From Geopsychrobacteraceae bacterium (GTDB taxonomy: Bacteria > Desulfobacterota > Desulfuromonadia > Desulfuromonadales > Geopsychrobacteraceae): DNA of 64,000 nt. Below, one piece after another: positions 38,313 to 48,359 of this stretch (its first letter is position 1; every line of letters begins with the position of its first letter). The stretch lies in NCBI GenBank assembly GCA_963676795.2, contig CAXXTB010000001.1, forward strand, positions 704,001-768,000. Direction: 5' to 3'. The position numbers and the translations under genes were made by a program. The notes under the pieces were generated by a model. It was not told the origin of the DNA. It saw nothing but the letters and a program-made list of their open reading frames with translations, and did no database searches.

Positions 38313-39104
38313 TCAGTAACTGTTGGGAATGGTGATTTTCCCCTCGGCATATTTACAGGCATATCCTGAAATCCTCACTCTGGGGCCGACCAGTCGGCAC
38401 TGGAGCTCTCCACCGCGTGCTGAAATCTGGCTGACGTTGAAATTGCAGCGTCCGGTTTCCGACGCCCAGTAGGGGACCAGCTGGGTGTAGATGGAGCCGG
38501 TAACGGGGTCCTCCGGAATACCGATCCCCGGGGCAAAGAAGCGGGTGACAAAGTCGGCTTGTTCGCCGGGCGCTGCGATGGCGACGCCGCGCTGGTCAAG
38601 TTTTTTTAGGAGTACAAGGTCCGGAGCTGCCCCGGCAACCTGTGCCTCGCTGGTGAAAATGACCAGCAGATCCTCTGCGGCCAGACAGCAGCGGGGTTGC
38701 TCGGAGAAGGCCTCAACAATGATTTGAGGCGTCGGGCAGGGGATCGGCAGCTGAGCGGGAAAATCGAGGGTGTAGAGGTTATCGTCGCGATAGACGCTCA
38801 GCGGCCCTGACAGAGAGGCGAAGTTGAAGCAGGTCGCCGTTTCGTCGAGAATTTCGGCCAGGACGAAGGCCGTGGCCAGGGTGGCATGACCACAGAGTCT
38901 GACTTCCGCCGTCGGGGTAAACCAGCGTATATGGTAGCCTTTGCCGGTCGAAACAAAGAAAGCGGTCTCCGACAGGTTGTTCTCCGCTGCGATGGCCTGC
39001 ATCAGCTGGTCGGGCAGCCACATTTTAAGCGGGCAGACTGCGGCCGGGTTGCCGTTGAACGGTCGTCTGGCAAAGGCGTCAATCTGATAAAGAGACAGCT
39101 CCAT
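38313..39104 (-). CDS. PhzF-family isomerase
   Basis: DAF...GNPAAV, NLSETAF, LCGHATLA and EDPVTGS motifs. Confidence 0.92.
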   Translation of the reverse strand: MELSLYQIDAFARRPFNGNPAAVCPLKMWLPDQLMQAIAAENNLSETAFFVSTGKGYHIRWFTPTAEVRLCGHATLATAFVLAEILDETATCFNFASLSGPLSVYRDDNLYTLDFPAQLPIPCPTPQIIVEAFSEQPRCCLAAEDLLVIFTSEAQVAGAAPDLVLLKKLDQRGVAIAAPGEQADFVTRFFAPGIGIPEDPVTGSIYTQLVPYWASETGRCNFNVSQISARGGELQCRLVGPRVRISGYACKYAEGKITIPNSY

Positions 39105-39183
39105 AACCTCCCCTTTTTATGTGAAAACCTATTTTATCAGAACGGCGGATTTATTCCTCTGATTAATTATGCTTGTTTTCTTC

Positions 39184-39540
39184 TCAGGCTCCGGGCAGGC
39201 GCCCGCGAAAGAGGAAAAATACCGCGCCCAGCAGACAGAGTCCGGCCCAGAGGTAATCAAGGGTCGGTTTCTCTTTCAGATAATACACCGAGAACGGGAC
39301 GAAGATGGCCAGGGTGATCACCTCCTGAATGATCTTGAGCTGGCCGACCGGCAGCAGCTGATGGCCGATGCGGTTGGCCGGAACCTGGAGCAGGTATTCG
39401 AGCAGAGCGATCCCCCAGCTGGCCAGTGCGGCAATAATCCAGGGGCGGTCGGCCATATTGCGCAGGTGGCCGTACCAGGCAAAGGTCATGAAAACGTTGC
39501 TGCAGCAGAGCAGGAAGATGGTCAGGGAGAGTCGGGACAT
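39184..39540 (-). CDS. Small DMT-family protein (DUF486-like)
   Basis: SNVFMTFAWYGHL, EYLLQVPANRIG and QLKIIQEVITL motifs. Confidence 0.85.
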   Translation of the reverse strand: MSRLSLTIFLLCCSNVFMTFAWYGHLRNMADRPWIIAALASWGIALLEYLLQVPANRIGHQLLPVGQLKIIQEVITLAIFVPFSVYYLKEKPTLDYLWAGLCLLGAVFFLFRGRLPGA

Positions 39541-39689
39541 AACTACCTCGGAACAGGTCAGAAGAGTGATCTCTAAAGAGCTGGTGCGGATTATAGTCCG
39601 GATCCGTGGTAAGGCAAGAGGATTTGGGGGGATCAGCTCATCAGACCCGAGGAAAACCAGGGCCTGATGAGTTGATAGATATGCGCGGC

Positions 39690-40556
39690 CTATGCCTGGT
39701 GAGCCGGCTGCTTGGCTTTGGCCCAGTATTCGTGAATCAGCAGCGAGAGGAGCAGGACGATGCCTCCGCCGATAAGGCGGGGAATGTTGGCGTCACGGTT
39801 CCAGATCACCATGTTGACGATCAGTCCGGCCGGAATCAGGGCGTTGTTCATGATCGCCAGGGTTCCCGCATCGACCCTGGTCGCACCCTTGTTCCAGAGG
39901 AAATAGCCGAGCCCTGAAGCGATGAGCCCCAGGTAGACGAGGATGCCCCATTGGCTTCCCGTGGTCGGCAGCTTGGCGGCGTTACCGAAGATGAACCAGG
40001 TGATGACGGTAACGATCAGGGCGCCGAGGTAGAAATAGCCGAAGATAGCGCGCTGCGGCCGATCGATCCGGTGGCGCTCAAGCAGGACCTTGTAGCCGAC
40101 CTGCCCCAGGGCGAAACAGATGTTAGCGGCCTGGACGACGAAAAAACCGGTGAAGACCTGACTGCCGATGTTGCTGTAGCGGATAATGGCGGCGCCGATG
40201 ACCGCCAGGATAGCCGTTACCAGGTAGCGGGAGCTGAAACGCCCCTGCATCAGATCAAAGATCAGCGTGACGTAAACGGGGGTCAGAATGGTAAATATCA
40301 GAACCTCCGGGACGCTCAGCAGCAGGAACGACTGGTAATAGAAGACGTACATCAGGCCGAGCTGAACTGCCCCGAGGGCCATCAGTTTGGCCGCCAGCTT
40401 GAGCGGGATCGGGCGGATAAAGGGGAGAAACACCAGCGCCGCCAGTAGAACCCGGGTGAGGACAGAAAAATAGGCATCGACCTGGCCGGCCAGGTAAACG
40501 CCGATCAGGCTGAAGGAGAATGCCCAAAGACAGGTAATTGAGATCAGATAGCCCAT
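39690..40556 (-). CDS. EamA-family transporter, YigM/BioP-like
   Basis: LWAFSFSLIGVYLAGQVD and SGLGYFLWNKGA motifs. Confidence 0.85.
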   Translation of the reverse strand: MGYLISITCLWAFSFSLIGVYLAGQVDAYFSVLTRVLLAALVFLPFIRPIPLKLAAKLMALGAVQLGLMYVFYYQSFLLLSVPEVLIFTILTPVYVTLIFDLMQGRFSSRYLVTAILAVIGAAIIRYSNIGSQVFTGFFVVQAANICFALGQVGYKVLLERHRIDRPQRAIFGYFYLGALIVTVITWFIFGNAAKLPTTGSQWGILVYLGLIASGLGYFLWNKGATRVDAGTLAIMNNALIPAGLIVNMVIWNRDANIPRLIGGGIVLLLSLLIHEYWAKAKQPAHQA

Positions 40557-40659
40557 TGTAAACCTCTTTTAAAGTTCGGTTAACGAGATATTAGCCATGG
40601 TCTGTCTGGTTAGTCAACCGCGAAATTGATTATGGTTTACCAGGGGGCAATCTCACATC

Positions 40660-41946
40660 TCAGCCGTAAATCAGGCGTGGCAAGAACAGGACCAGATCCG
40701 GCCAGTAGGTCAGGACCAGCAGGACCGCAATCTGGATGGCCAGAAACGGCAGGACGGCCTTTGACACATAGACCAGGTCGCGGTTGACGACTGCACCGCT
40801 GATATAGAGGCTGACCCCGAGCGGCGGCGTACAGTACCCGATCCCCAGGTTGATGGTCATCAGCAGGCAGAAGTGCATGCTGTCGATGCCGAACTTGCTG
40901 AGCAGGGGCAGGAAAATCGGGGTCAGAATCAGGGTTGCCGAGATAATATCCATGAACATGCCGATGACCAGCAGCAGGATATTGACCGCCAGCAGGAAGA
41001 TCCAGGGGGAGGAAATACTGCTGACCACGGCCGTGGCGATCTTGTTGGGAATCTGCTCAAAGGTCAGGTACTCGCCGAACACCGAGGCGCCGGCGACGAT
41101 GACCAGCAGCGTTGAGGAGGTCACGGCCGATGAGACGATGACCTTCTTGATATCCCTGAACTTCATGTCGCGGTGGATGCAGGTTTCAACAAAGAAGGCG
41201 TAGAAACAGGCGACTACGGCGGCCTCGTTGGCGGTGAACAGGCCGGAATAGATGCCGCCGAAAATCAGTACCGGCAGGCACAGGGCCCAGATGCTTTCAC
41301 GGATGACCGCAAGCGCTTCCCTGAGAGTCGGTCTGCTGCCGGTCTTCAGCCCCTGTTTCTTGCAGACAAAGTAGGCGTAGAGGCTCATGGCCAGCATGAT
41401 CAGCAGCCCCGGGATAAAGCCGGTCAGAAACAGCGCTTCGAGCTGATCGTTGCTGACCATGGCATAGAGGATCATGGCGATCGACGGCGGAATGACGACA
41501 CCGAGTATCGGCGCGGTGGTCATCACTCCGACTGAAAACCGCTCGTTGTAGCCGTTCTGGATCAGGGCCGGAATCATGAAGCCGCCGATGGCGACCACGG
41601 TCGCCACCGTTGAGCCGGAGATGGCGCCAAAGAAACCGCAGGCCAGAATGCCGGCCATAGCCAGCCCGCCGGGGAGGAATCCGACCAGGACATTGGCCGT
41701 TTTGATCAGTTTTTCGACGATACTGCCGGTGGTCATGATATTGCCACAGAGGACAAAGAAGAGCACCACGATCAGGGCGAACTTGTCCATGCTGCGGTAG
41801 AGCACCTCGGTGACGATCATCGGATCGATACCGAGCAGAAAGATCAGGCCGAAAGCACCGGTGAAGAACAGGGCCATGAAGACCGGGATGGTACTGGCCA
41901 GGCCGCCGATCAGCAGGGCGAGAATCAACAGGTAGCTGGTTTCCAT
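40660..41946 (-). CDS. dctM: TRAP transporter large permease
   Basis: GAISGS.VATVVAIG, IPPSIAMILY and TPPLG motifs. Confidence 0.93.
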   Translation of the reverse strand: METSYLLILALLIGGLASTIPVFMALFFTGAFGLIFLLGIDPMIVTEVLYRSMDKFALIVVLFFVLCGNIMTTGSIVEKLIKTANVLVGFLPGGLAMAGILACGFFGAISGSTVATVVAIGGFMIPALIQNGYNERFSVGVMTTAPILGVVIPPSIAMILYAMVSNDQLEALFLTGFIPGLLIMLAMSLYAYFVCKKQGLKTGSRPTLREALAVIRESIWALCLPVLIFGGIYSGLFTANEAAVVACFYAFFVETCIHRDMKFRDIKKVIVSSAVTSSTLLVIVAGASVFGEYLTFEQIPNKIATAVVSSISSPWIFLLAVNILLLVIGMFMDIISATLILTPIFLPLLSKFGIDSMHFCLLMTINLGIGYCTPPLGVSLYISGAVVNRDLVYVSKAVLPFLAIQIAVLLVLTYWPDLVLFLPRLIYG

Positions 41947-41948
41947 GG

Positions 41949-42458
41949 CTATTTCTCTCCGGTGATCTCAGGCTGGCCGCGCCAGTCTTCAACCATGATG
42001 ATCAGCGTGCGCAGGAACATCATCAGGCCCATCAGCGGCAGGATGGCGTAAAAGTACCACTCGGGGATTTCCAGCGTCGCGGTCCGGGCGTATTCGTCCT
42101 GGTACATCATGACCGTCATTCCCCAGCCCAGTTTGATCATCAGCAGGGAGAAAAACAGCACAGCCATGTGGGAGAACAGGGTCAGGGGCTTCCTGAGGAC
42201 CGGAAACAGCTGGGGCAGCGCGTCGATGCGGACCAGAGAACGACTGCGGATAGCGGCAATACAGCCGAAATAGGTCGAAAAGAAGATCACCTTGCGGACG
42301 ATTTCATCCGACCAGTAAAGGCTGATATCGCTGGTGAGCTTTCTCAGGACGACGTTGGCCATCGCCGTGATCAGGGCGATACTGACCGTCAGAAACAGGG
42401 ACCATTCCTCAACGAAGAGAAACAGCCGGTCGATGGCTTTGAACAGTTTTTTCAGCAT
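41949..42458 (-). CDS. dctQ: TRAP transporter small permease
   Basis: 4 TMs; WSDEIVR; lies between dctP and dctM. Confidence 0.88.
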   Translation of the reverse strand: MLKKLFKAIDRLFLFVEEWSLFLTVSIALITAMANVVLRKLTSDISLYWSDEIVRKVIFFSTYFGCIAAIRSRSLVRIDALPQLFPVLRKPLTLFSHMAVLFFSLLMIKLGWGMTVMMYQDEYARTATLEIPEWYFYAILPLMGLMMFLRTLIIMVEDWRGQPEITGEK

Positions 42459-42502
42459 AAATTCTCTGTCTGGTCAGTTCGCTGTCGTGGCGTAGAAAAT
42501 CA

Positions 42503-42525
42503 GGGCCGGGAGCTGGTCCCGGCCC
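42503..42525. terminator. Stem-loop between dctP and dctQ (mRNA stabiliser or attenuator)
   Basis: GGGCCGGGA-GCTGG-TCCCGGCCC. Confidence 0.5.
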
Positions 42526-42554
42526 ACAGAGGCGTCGTCGTCAGGAACGCGCTT

Positions 42555-43586
42555 TCAGCTGCCCAGCTTGCTGCGGACCATGGCCAGGTAGTCGGGGCCG
42601 ATCTTCTCTCCCCATTTCTGCAGAACCGGCTCGCTGAGTTTTTTCAGCTCGGCCATATCGCTGTCTGAGAGGTTGTGGAATTCGACACCGGCCTCTTTGG
42701 CTGCGGCAATCTGCTCTTCGTACTGGGTGCGGGTCGCCTGGCGCGATTTGGCGCTCTCTTCGGCGACAACCTTGAGGAAGGTGGCACGCAGGTCGGCTGG
42801 CAGCTTGTCAAGCCAGCGCTTGTTGGTCATGTGGACGAACAGGCCTTCAGCGTAATTCAGTTCGGTAAAATGCTTGGCGATGGTGAACTTCTTGGTCAGG
42901 TTGCAGACGATGGCGGTGTGATCAAGTCCGGTGATAACACCGGTCTGCAGGGCCTGGGGAACATCCGGCCAGGGCAGGGCGGTGAACTTCAGGTTGAGAG
43001 CCTTGTAGAAGTCGGTATTGACCGGTGCCTGGGCGATGCGGAAGGTGACAGTTCTGGCCTCGTCGATTGTGGTTGCCGGTACGGTTGTCGCCCAGCCGTA
43101 GGGGCCATAGCTGGTGATGTCGATGGTGTAGATTCCCTGGCGCAGGGCGCTTTCGGAGAATGGCGTCCAGAGTTCGGGATCATTGCGGAACTGTTCGATC
43201 TTGTCGAAGCTGTCGATAACATAGGGGAGGTTGATGATGCCGATCCGGTCGGCCACGTTGGCCGCAGCAACCGAAGAGCTGAGCATCCCCTGGATGGCGC
43301 CCATTTTCAGTTTGTTGATGACATCCTTCTCCCCGCCCAGCTGAGCGAGAGGACGGAAGTCGACATAGATCTGACCGTTGGTCGCCTCCCAGACGCGATC
43401 ACGAATTTTGTATCCGGCAGCAACTCCTTCAATCGCAGGGTGGGAAATATTTGATAGAATATAGGTGTACTTGGCGCCGCTCGGATCGAATTGCGGTGAA
43501 AAGGCTGCCAGCGGGTCGTTGTCGCTGGCCAGAGATGACAGCGGGATCGCCATCAGCAGCATAAAGGTCAGTAGCAGTCGTCTCAT
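42555..43586 (-). CDS. dctP: TRAP transporter substrate-binding protein
   Basis: Signal peptide; QLGGEKD, TFRIAQ and ALQTGVITG motifs. Confidence 0.9.
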   Translation of the reverse strand: MRRLLLTFMLLMAIPLSSLASDNDPLAAFSPQFDPSGAKYTYILSNISHPAIEGVAAGYKIRDRVWEATNGQIYVDFRPLAQLGGEKDVINKLKMGAIQGMLSSSVAAANVADRIGIINLPYVIDSFDKIEQFRNDPELWTPFSESALRQGIYTIDITSYGPYGWATTVPATTIDEARTVTFRIAQAPVNTDFYKALNLKFTALPWPDVPQALQTGVITGLDHTAIVCNLTKKFTIAKHFTELNYAEGLFVHMTNKRWLDKLPADLRATFLKVVAEESAKSRQATRTQYEEQIAAAKEAGVEFHNLSDSDMAELKKLSEPVLQKWGEKIGPDYLAMVRSKLGS

Positions 43587-43944
43587 GATTTCCTCCCTAG
43601 GAAAAGAAAACAAACGTTGTTTAGTTATTGCAAAAAAAAGTTAATCACAAGTTAAATCAGTTAGTTAAGCTTGGAAAAGATAGCGTTTTTCGCACATTTG
43701 GGTCAAGTACTGTAATCTGTGAACTGAAGAAATGGATTTATGTTTCGCTGGCTGGAACAGGATGTCGATTGTTAGGGTGATGGTTTTGATACTGAACAGT
43801 GGATACGGTATTTGCAGTTATGCTGCAGCCCGGGGCGTTTCCGGGCTGACGCTACGAGGACCGGTCCAGAATTAGACGAAAAGGGGATTGCAATTGGCTG
43901 TTAAAAAATATGATAATATGAATATTCAAAAAAGGAGAATGGAA

Positions 43945-44136
43945 ATGACTGTCAATCGTTACTTACGTCTGGTTGCCGGCTTCTTTGTCCTGGTGACACT
44001 TGCACTGTCTCAGCTGCATTCGCCGGCCTGGCTCTGGTTTACCGCTTTTGTCGGACTGAATCTTTTTCAGAGCGCTTTCACCAATTGGTGTCCGTTGATG
44101 ACGATTCTCAAGAAGATCGGAGTTCGCGAGGTCTGA
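43945..44136 (+). CDS. DUF2892 (YgaP-like) membrane protein
   Basis: [24 protein letters not shown]. Confidence 0.88.
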   Translation: MTVNRYLRLVAGFFVLVTLALSQLHSPAWLWFTAFVGLNLFQSAFTNWCPLMTILKKIGVREV

Positions 44137-44181
44137 TCCGGGTTGATACCTCCCTGATGCAATCCATGGCCGGTCACCTGT

Positions 44182-44321
44182 CAGGGTGTTGAAAAACGTT
44201 TTCGAGGCAGCAAGTGCAAGGCAAAAATTGCCGAAAAAGCGCAGTTTATACCAGTAAATGAGCATTTTTAGGCAATTTTTAACGTCGCAATTGCAACGCA
44301 GATAGTTTTTCAACAGCCGTG
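44182..44321. mobile_element. 140-bp MITE with IS5-type ends
   Basis: Left end CAGGGTGTTGAAAAAC is identical to the IS5 TIR at 11974; right end GTTTTTCAACAGCCGTG; internal hairpin AAAAATTGCC...GGCAATTTTT. Confidence 0.75.
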
Positions 44322-44447
44322 CTAGACGGTGCCGGCCTGTTGTTTCACCCCTTTCGTCCTGCCGTTGAGTCGTGTATGCTAAAGGACTTGTGGTCATCTG
44401 TATGGCTGCCCTTTTTACGCATACTAGATTTTACGGGAGTTATAAAT

Positions 44448-45158
44448 ATGGCAAGGTACGTCATCCTTATGCTGCTGGCCTTGCTGCCAGCCATGTCCTT
44501 TGCTGCTGATCCGGTCAGCTTGGTTCCGGAAGAGGTGGTCCACAGTCTGCAGCAGTCCTATCCGAAGCTCCGATACGCTGAGATTTCCCCCGCGCCGGTT
44601 GACGATCTGTATGAGCTGGTCATGCCGGACGACAATGTTCTCTACTATGCAGCCAAGAACAGACTGATCATGACCGGAGAAATCTGGACCCCTGACGGTC
44701 GTAACCTGACTGTTGAAAGCAAGGACAGGCGCCTGTCCGCCAAACTGGATCAGTTCAATCTCGACAAGGCACTGAAAATCGGTAATGGTCCGAACCTGGT
44801 TATCGAGGTCACCGATCCTGACTGCCCCTTCTGTCGTAAGGGGGCTCAGTTCCTGGCCGACAGGGAGGATGTAACACAGTACATTTTCTTTTACCCGCTG
44901 ACCCGTATCCACCCGCAGGCTGAAGCGAAGTCGCGCTTTATTCTCGCCGCCGAAGATCCAGCCGGGGCCTATGAGGATGTTGTCAACGGTATGTACGACA
45001 ACCAGCCGCTGCCGGAATTTACCGATAACGGGCTGCTCGAGGAGCAGCTGAAGATCGCCCGGAGTGTCGGAGTCAACAGTACACCGCAATACTGGATCAA
45101 CGGCCAGCATGTGTCAGGCTTTAATCAGAACAGGATAGAGCAGCTGCTCACCAAGTAG
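44448..45158 (+). CDS. dsbC: DsbC-family thiol:disulfide isomerase
   Basis: Signal peptide; N-terminal dimerisation region; TDPDCPFC; STP cis-Pro loop. Confidence 0.85.
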   Translation: MARYVILMLLALLPAMSFAADPVSLVPEEVVHSLQQSYPKLRYAEISPAPVDDLYELVMPDDNVLYYAAKNRLIMTGEIWTPDGRNLTVESKDRRLSAKLDQFNLDKALKIGNGPNLVIEVTDPDCPFCRKGAQFLADREDVTQYIFFYPLTRIHPQAEAKSRFILAAEDPAGAYEDVVNGMYDNQPLPEFTDNGLLEEQLKIARSVGVNSTPQYWINGQHVSGFNQNRIEQLLTK

Positions 45159-45179
45159 GCAGCTGACATAAAAGGTTTT

Positions 45180-47552
45180 ATGAGCAAAGAAAAAACTCTC
45201 ACCAACCGTCCCGAACTGCTCGCTCCGGCGGGCAGCCTCGAGGCGTTCTTCGCCGCCGTTGAAGGGGGTGCCGACGCCATCTACATCGGGCTCAAGGAAT
45301 TTTCCGCCCGGGCCAAGGCTAAAAACTTCAATTTCGCCGAGGTCGAGCAGATGGTCTGTTATCTGCGCGGCCAGGGGAAGCGGCTATATGTTACTCTCAA
45401 TACCCTGATCAAGGAAACGGAGCTGCCGCAGCTGATCGACACGCTCGGTGCTCTTGAGGCGATCGGCGTCGATGGCGTGATATTGCAGGATCTGGCCGTC
45501 TGGAAGCTGGCCCGGGATCATTTCCCGGGGCTTGAGCTGCATGCCTCGACCCAGATGACGATTCACAATGTTGCCGGGGTCAAGATGCTGGAGCGGATGG
45601 GCTTCACCCGCGGGGTCCTGTCGCGCGAACTGACGCTGGACGAGATCAGCTATATCCGCAGCCAGACGACGCTGGAACTGGAGCACTTCATCCATGGGGC
45701 ACTTTGTTTCTCCTTCAGTGGCCAGTGCTACTTTTCTTCGTTCTTAAGCGGCAAGAGCGGCAACCGGGGACGCTGCGCCCAGCCCTGTCGGCGCAGCCAT
45801 CGCTACCGTAACCAGGACGGCTTTTATTTCTCGCCCAACGACCTGTCGGCCATCGACCTGATGCCTGAGCTGGAGAAAGCCGGAATCTGCAGCCTCAAGA
45901 TCGAAGGGCGGATGAAGAGCGCTGAGTACGTCCATCAGGTGGTCCGAGCCTATCGTCAGGTTCTGGACGCCTCCGCGAAGGAGCGTGCCGCGGTGATCGC
46001 CGCTGCCAAGCTGCTGCTGCGCGACAGTTTTGGCCGCAAACCGACCCAGGGCTTTCTCGCCGGCGGGCAGCCGGATGATATGGCAATTCCGTCACGCAAG
46101 GGTGCAACGGGACGTTTTCTCGGTGAAATCAGCCGTGAGCAGGGGGGCGCTATCAGCCTGAAGGTCAAGGATGGCCTGCATATCGGTGACCGGATCCGGG
46201 TTCAGCCGGCCAGCGATCGTAGCGGTACCGCCTTTACCATCCGCCAGCTGTTTCTCGGGCAGAAGTCGGTGACCAAGGTGCCGGCCGGCAGTTTTGTGAC
46301 CATCCCATCGACCTTCAAGGGGCAGTTCAAGGTTGGCGATGGCGTCTTCATGGTTTCGGCCAGTGGGTCCTTCGCCATGAGCGAGGCCGCCTGTCGTCGC
46401 AAGCTGAGCCAGGCCCGGCCGCTGACCGATCCTGTTGAGCTGAAGGTGCACTGTACGGCCGAACAGCTCGCCGTGGTCGCCAGGGTGATGGATGAGGAGA
46501 CGGAGTTCTGTTTCCAGATCGACAGTTATCCGGCCGAGCAGAATGGCCTGACCGCTGAGGTGCTTGGCCAGGCTCTGGCTCCGCCGGCCGAGCAGCCATT
46601 TGAGCTGGACGGTATCGCATGCTCTGAGCTGCCTGATATCGTCATTCCGCCCAAGCAGCTTAAACAGTTGCGCCGGGAGATCTATAATGAACTGGCGCGG
46701 CTTCGGCAGGGACGGCGCGCCAGGCACAAGGAAGAGCATCTGGCGCAGGCCAGGCGAGGCCTGCTTCCGCCGGGGAGTACGGCGCAGTCCGGCGGGCAGT
46801 TGCGCATTCAGATCCATGACGGGCGCGATCAGCGCATCCTTCAGGATCCGTCCGTCGATGCCCTGATCCTGCCGCTCAACGGGCCGAACCTGCAGGGAGC
46901 CATCAAGCTGCAGAGGCGTTCCGACAAAGTGATCTGGGACCTGCCTTTCATTCTATTCGACCGGGACTGGCAGGACATGCGTGGCGCGGTGCGTCAGCTG
47001 GTTCAGGCCGGTTTCAAGAATTTCCGGCTGAACAACCTGGGGCATTTCCCCCTCTTTGACAAGCTGGAGGGGGTGCAGCTGTACGGCGGCTTCCGCATGC
47101 TCTGCCTGAACAGCCAGAGCCTTTCGGCTCTTGCCGAGCTGGGCCTCAGTGAGGTCGAACTCTATATCGAGGATGAGCGCGACAACCTGAAAGAGCTGCT
47201 CAGCCGGCAGCTGCCGGTGCCGGCGGCGCTGACCGTCTACGCCAGCGTGCCGCTGCTGACCTCAAGGGTCAAGATCAAGGGGGTCCGTTCCGATGCGCCG
47301 GTGGTGTCCGATCGTGGCGACGCCTTCCGCGTCCAGCTGCGCCAGGGGCTGACCTGGCTGGGGAGCGAGACCGATTTCTCCTTTATCGCCAACATGCGTG
47401 AGCTGGAGAGCTTCGGCTGTCACAACTTTATCGTCGATCTGTCTCACCTGGGTCCCTTCAGCCCGCAGGGAAAGCAGCTTCTGGACGCCGTCAAGCGCGG
47501 TCAGGATCCGGCCGGCACCAGCAAGTTCAATTACCTGACCGGCCTGGAATAG
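45180..47552 (+). CDS. U32-family protein (RlhA-like RNA hydroxylase) with C-terminal extension
   Basis: PELLAPAGS, HASTQ, HGALCFSFSGQC...NRGRCAQPCR and LKIEGRMK motifs. Confidence 0.88.
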   Translation: MSKEKTLTNRPELLAPAGSLEAFFAAVEGGADAIYIGLKEFSARAKAKNFNFAEVEQMVCYLRGQGKRLYVTLNTLIKETELPQLIDTLGALEAIGVDGVILQDLAVWKLARDHFPGLELHASTQMTIHNVAGVKMLERMGFTRGVLSRELTLDEISYIRSQTTLELEHFIHGALCFSFSGQCYFSSFLSGKSGNRGRCAQPCRRSHRYRNQDGFYFSPNDLSAIDLMPELEKAGICSLKIEGRMKSAEYVHQVVRAYRQVLDASAKERAAVIAAAKLLLRDSFGRKPTQGFLAGGQPDDMAIPSRKGATGRFLGEISREQGGAISLKVKDGLHIGDRIRVQPASDRSGTAFTIRQLFLGQKSVTKVPAGSFVTIPSTFKGQFKVGDGVFMVSASGSFAMSEAACRRKLSQARPLTDPVELKVHCTAEQLAVVARVMDEETEFCFQIDSYPAEQNGLTAEVLGQALAPPAEQPFELDGIACSELPDIVIPPKQLKQLRREIYNELARLRQGRRARHKEEHLAQARRGLLPPGSTAQSGGQLRIQIHDGRDQRILQDPSVDALILPLNGPNLQGAIKLQRRSDKVIWDLPFILFDRDWQDMRGAVRQLVQAGFKNFRLNNLGHFPLFDKLEGVQLYGGFRMLCLNSQSLSALAELGLSEVELYIEDERDNLKELLSRQLPVPAALTVYASVPLLTSRVKIKGVRSDAPVVSDRGDAFRVQLRQGLTWLGSETDFSFIANMRELESFGCHNFIVDLSHLGPFSPQGKQLLDAVKRGQDPAGTSKFNYLTGLE

Positions 47553-47648
47553 CCTGTTGAGCCGGAAGATAAAAACTACCAGACTGGTGTTTATCGGTGT
47601 ATAATCGCGAAATGTCTGAAGTATTCTGCCGCCGCAAAAGAGGGACCT

Positions 47649-48359
47649 GTGATGTCCGCTGCGCCTGACAAACGGATGCTTGACATTCCACCTGGCTGCC
47701 CGCTTGGTGAAGAGGGGTGTTCTGTCGCCGGTGAGGTCAAGGCCCTGCGCAAACGTCTTGATGAGCTGGGCGAGCTGGTGCGGACCGATCCGCTGACCGG
47801 CCTGGCCAACTACAGGTATTTCACCGAAGCCTGCGAGCAGGAAATAGAACGGACCCAGCGCAGCGATCAGCCGACCTCGCTGATTATGCTCGATATCGAT
47901 CATTTCAAACGGGTCAATGATAACTGGGGGCACGAAGTCGGTAACCGGGCTCTGGAGCATATCGCCCGGATCATCAAGAGCTGTGTCCGTCGACTCGATA
48001 TTCCCTGCCGTTATGGCGGAGAAGAGTTCGCCATCATCCTGCCCGACACCTCCCTGAACGCCAGTTTGCCTGTCGCCGAACGGATTAGAGCGCAGATTGC
48101 CTCGACACCCTTGAGTCTTCCTGAAGGGGTGCTCAAGTTGAGCGCCAGTCTCGGCGTCGCAACCTACACCAATCAGCGCAGTATCCTGCCGGAAACTCTG
48201 GTCACCGAAGCGGATCACTATCTCTACCAGGCCAAGCAGAACGGTCGCAACCGTGTCTGTCACGCGCCGCTGCCGATTGTCGATGTCGTCAGCCAGGAAG
48301 AGCGCGATGTCTTGAGCTCGTTGTTTGGCAGAGCACCGGAAAAAGAGGGAAAAAAATGA
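47649..48359 (+). CDS. Diguanylate cyclase (cytoplasmic)
   Basis: DPLTGL, DIDHFK, RxxD I-site (RRLD) and GGEEF. Confidence 0.92.
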   Translation: MMSAAPDKRMLDIPPGCPLGEEGCSVAGEVKALRKRLDELGELVRTDPLTGLANYRYFTEACEQEIERTQRSDQPTSLIMLDIDHFKRVNDNWGHEVGNRALEHIARIIKSCVRRLDIPCRYGGEEFAIILPDTSLNASLPVAERIRAQIASTPLSLPEGVLKLSASLGVATYTNQRSILPETLVTEADHYLYQAKQNGRNRVCHAPLPIVDVVSQEERDVLSSLFGRAPEKEGKK

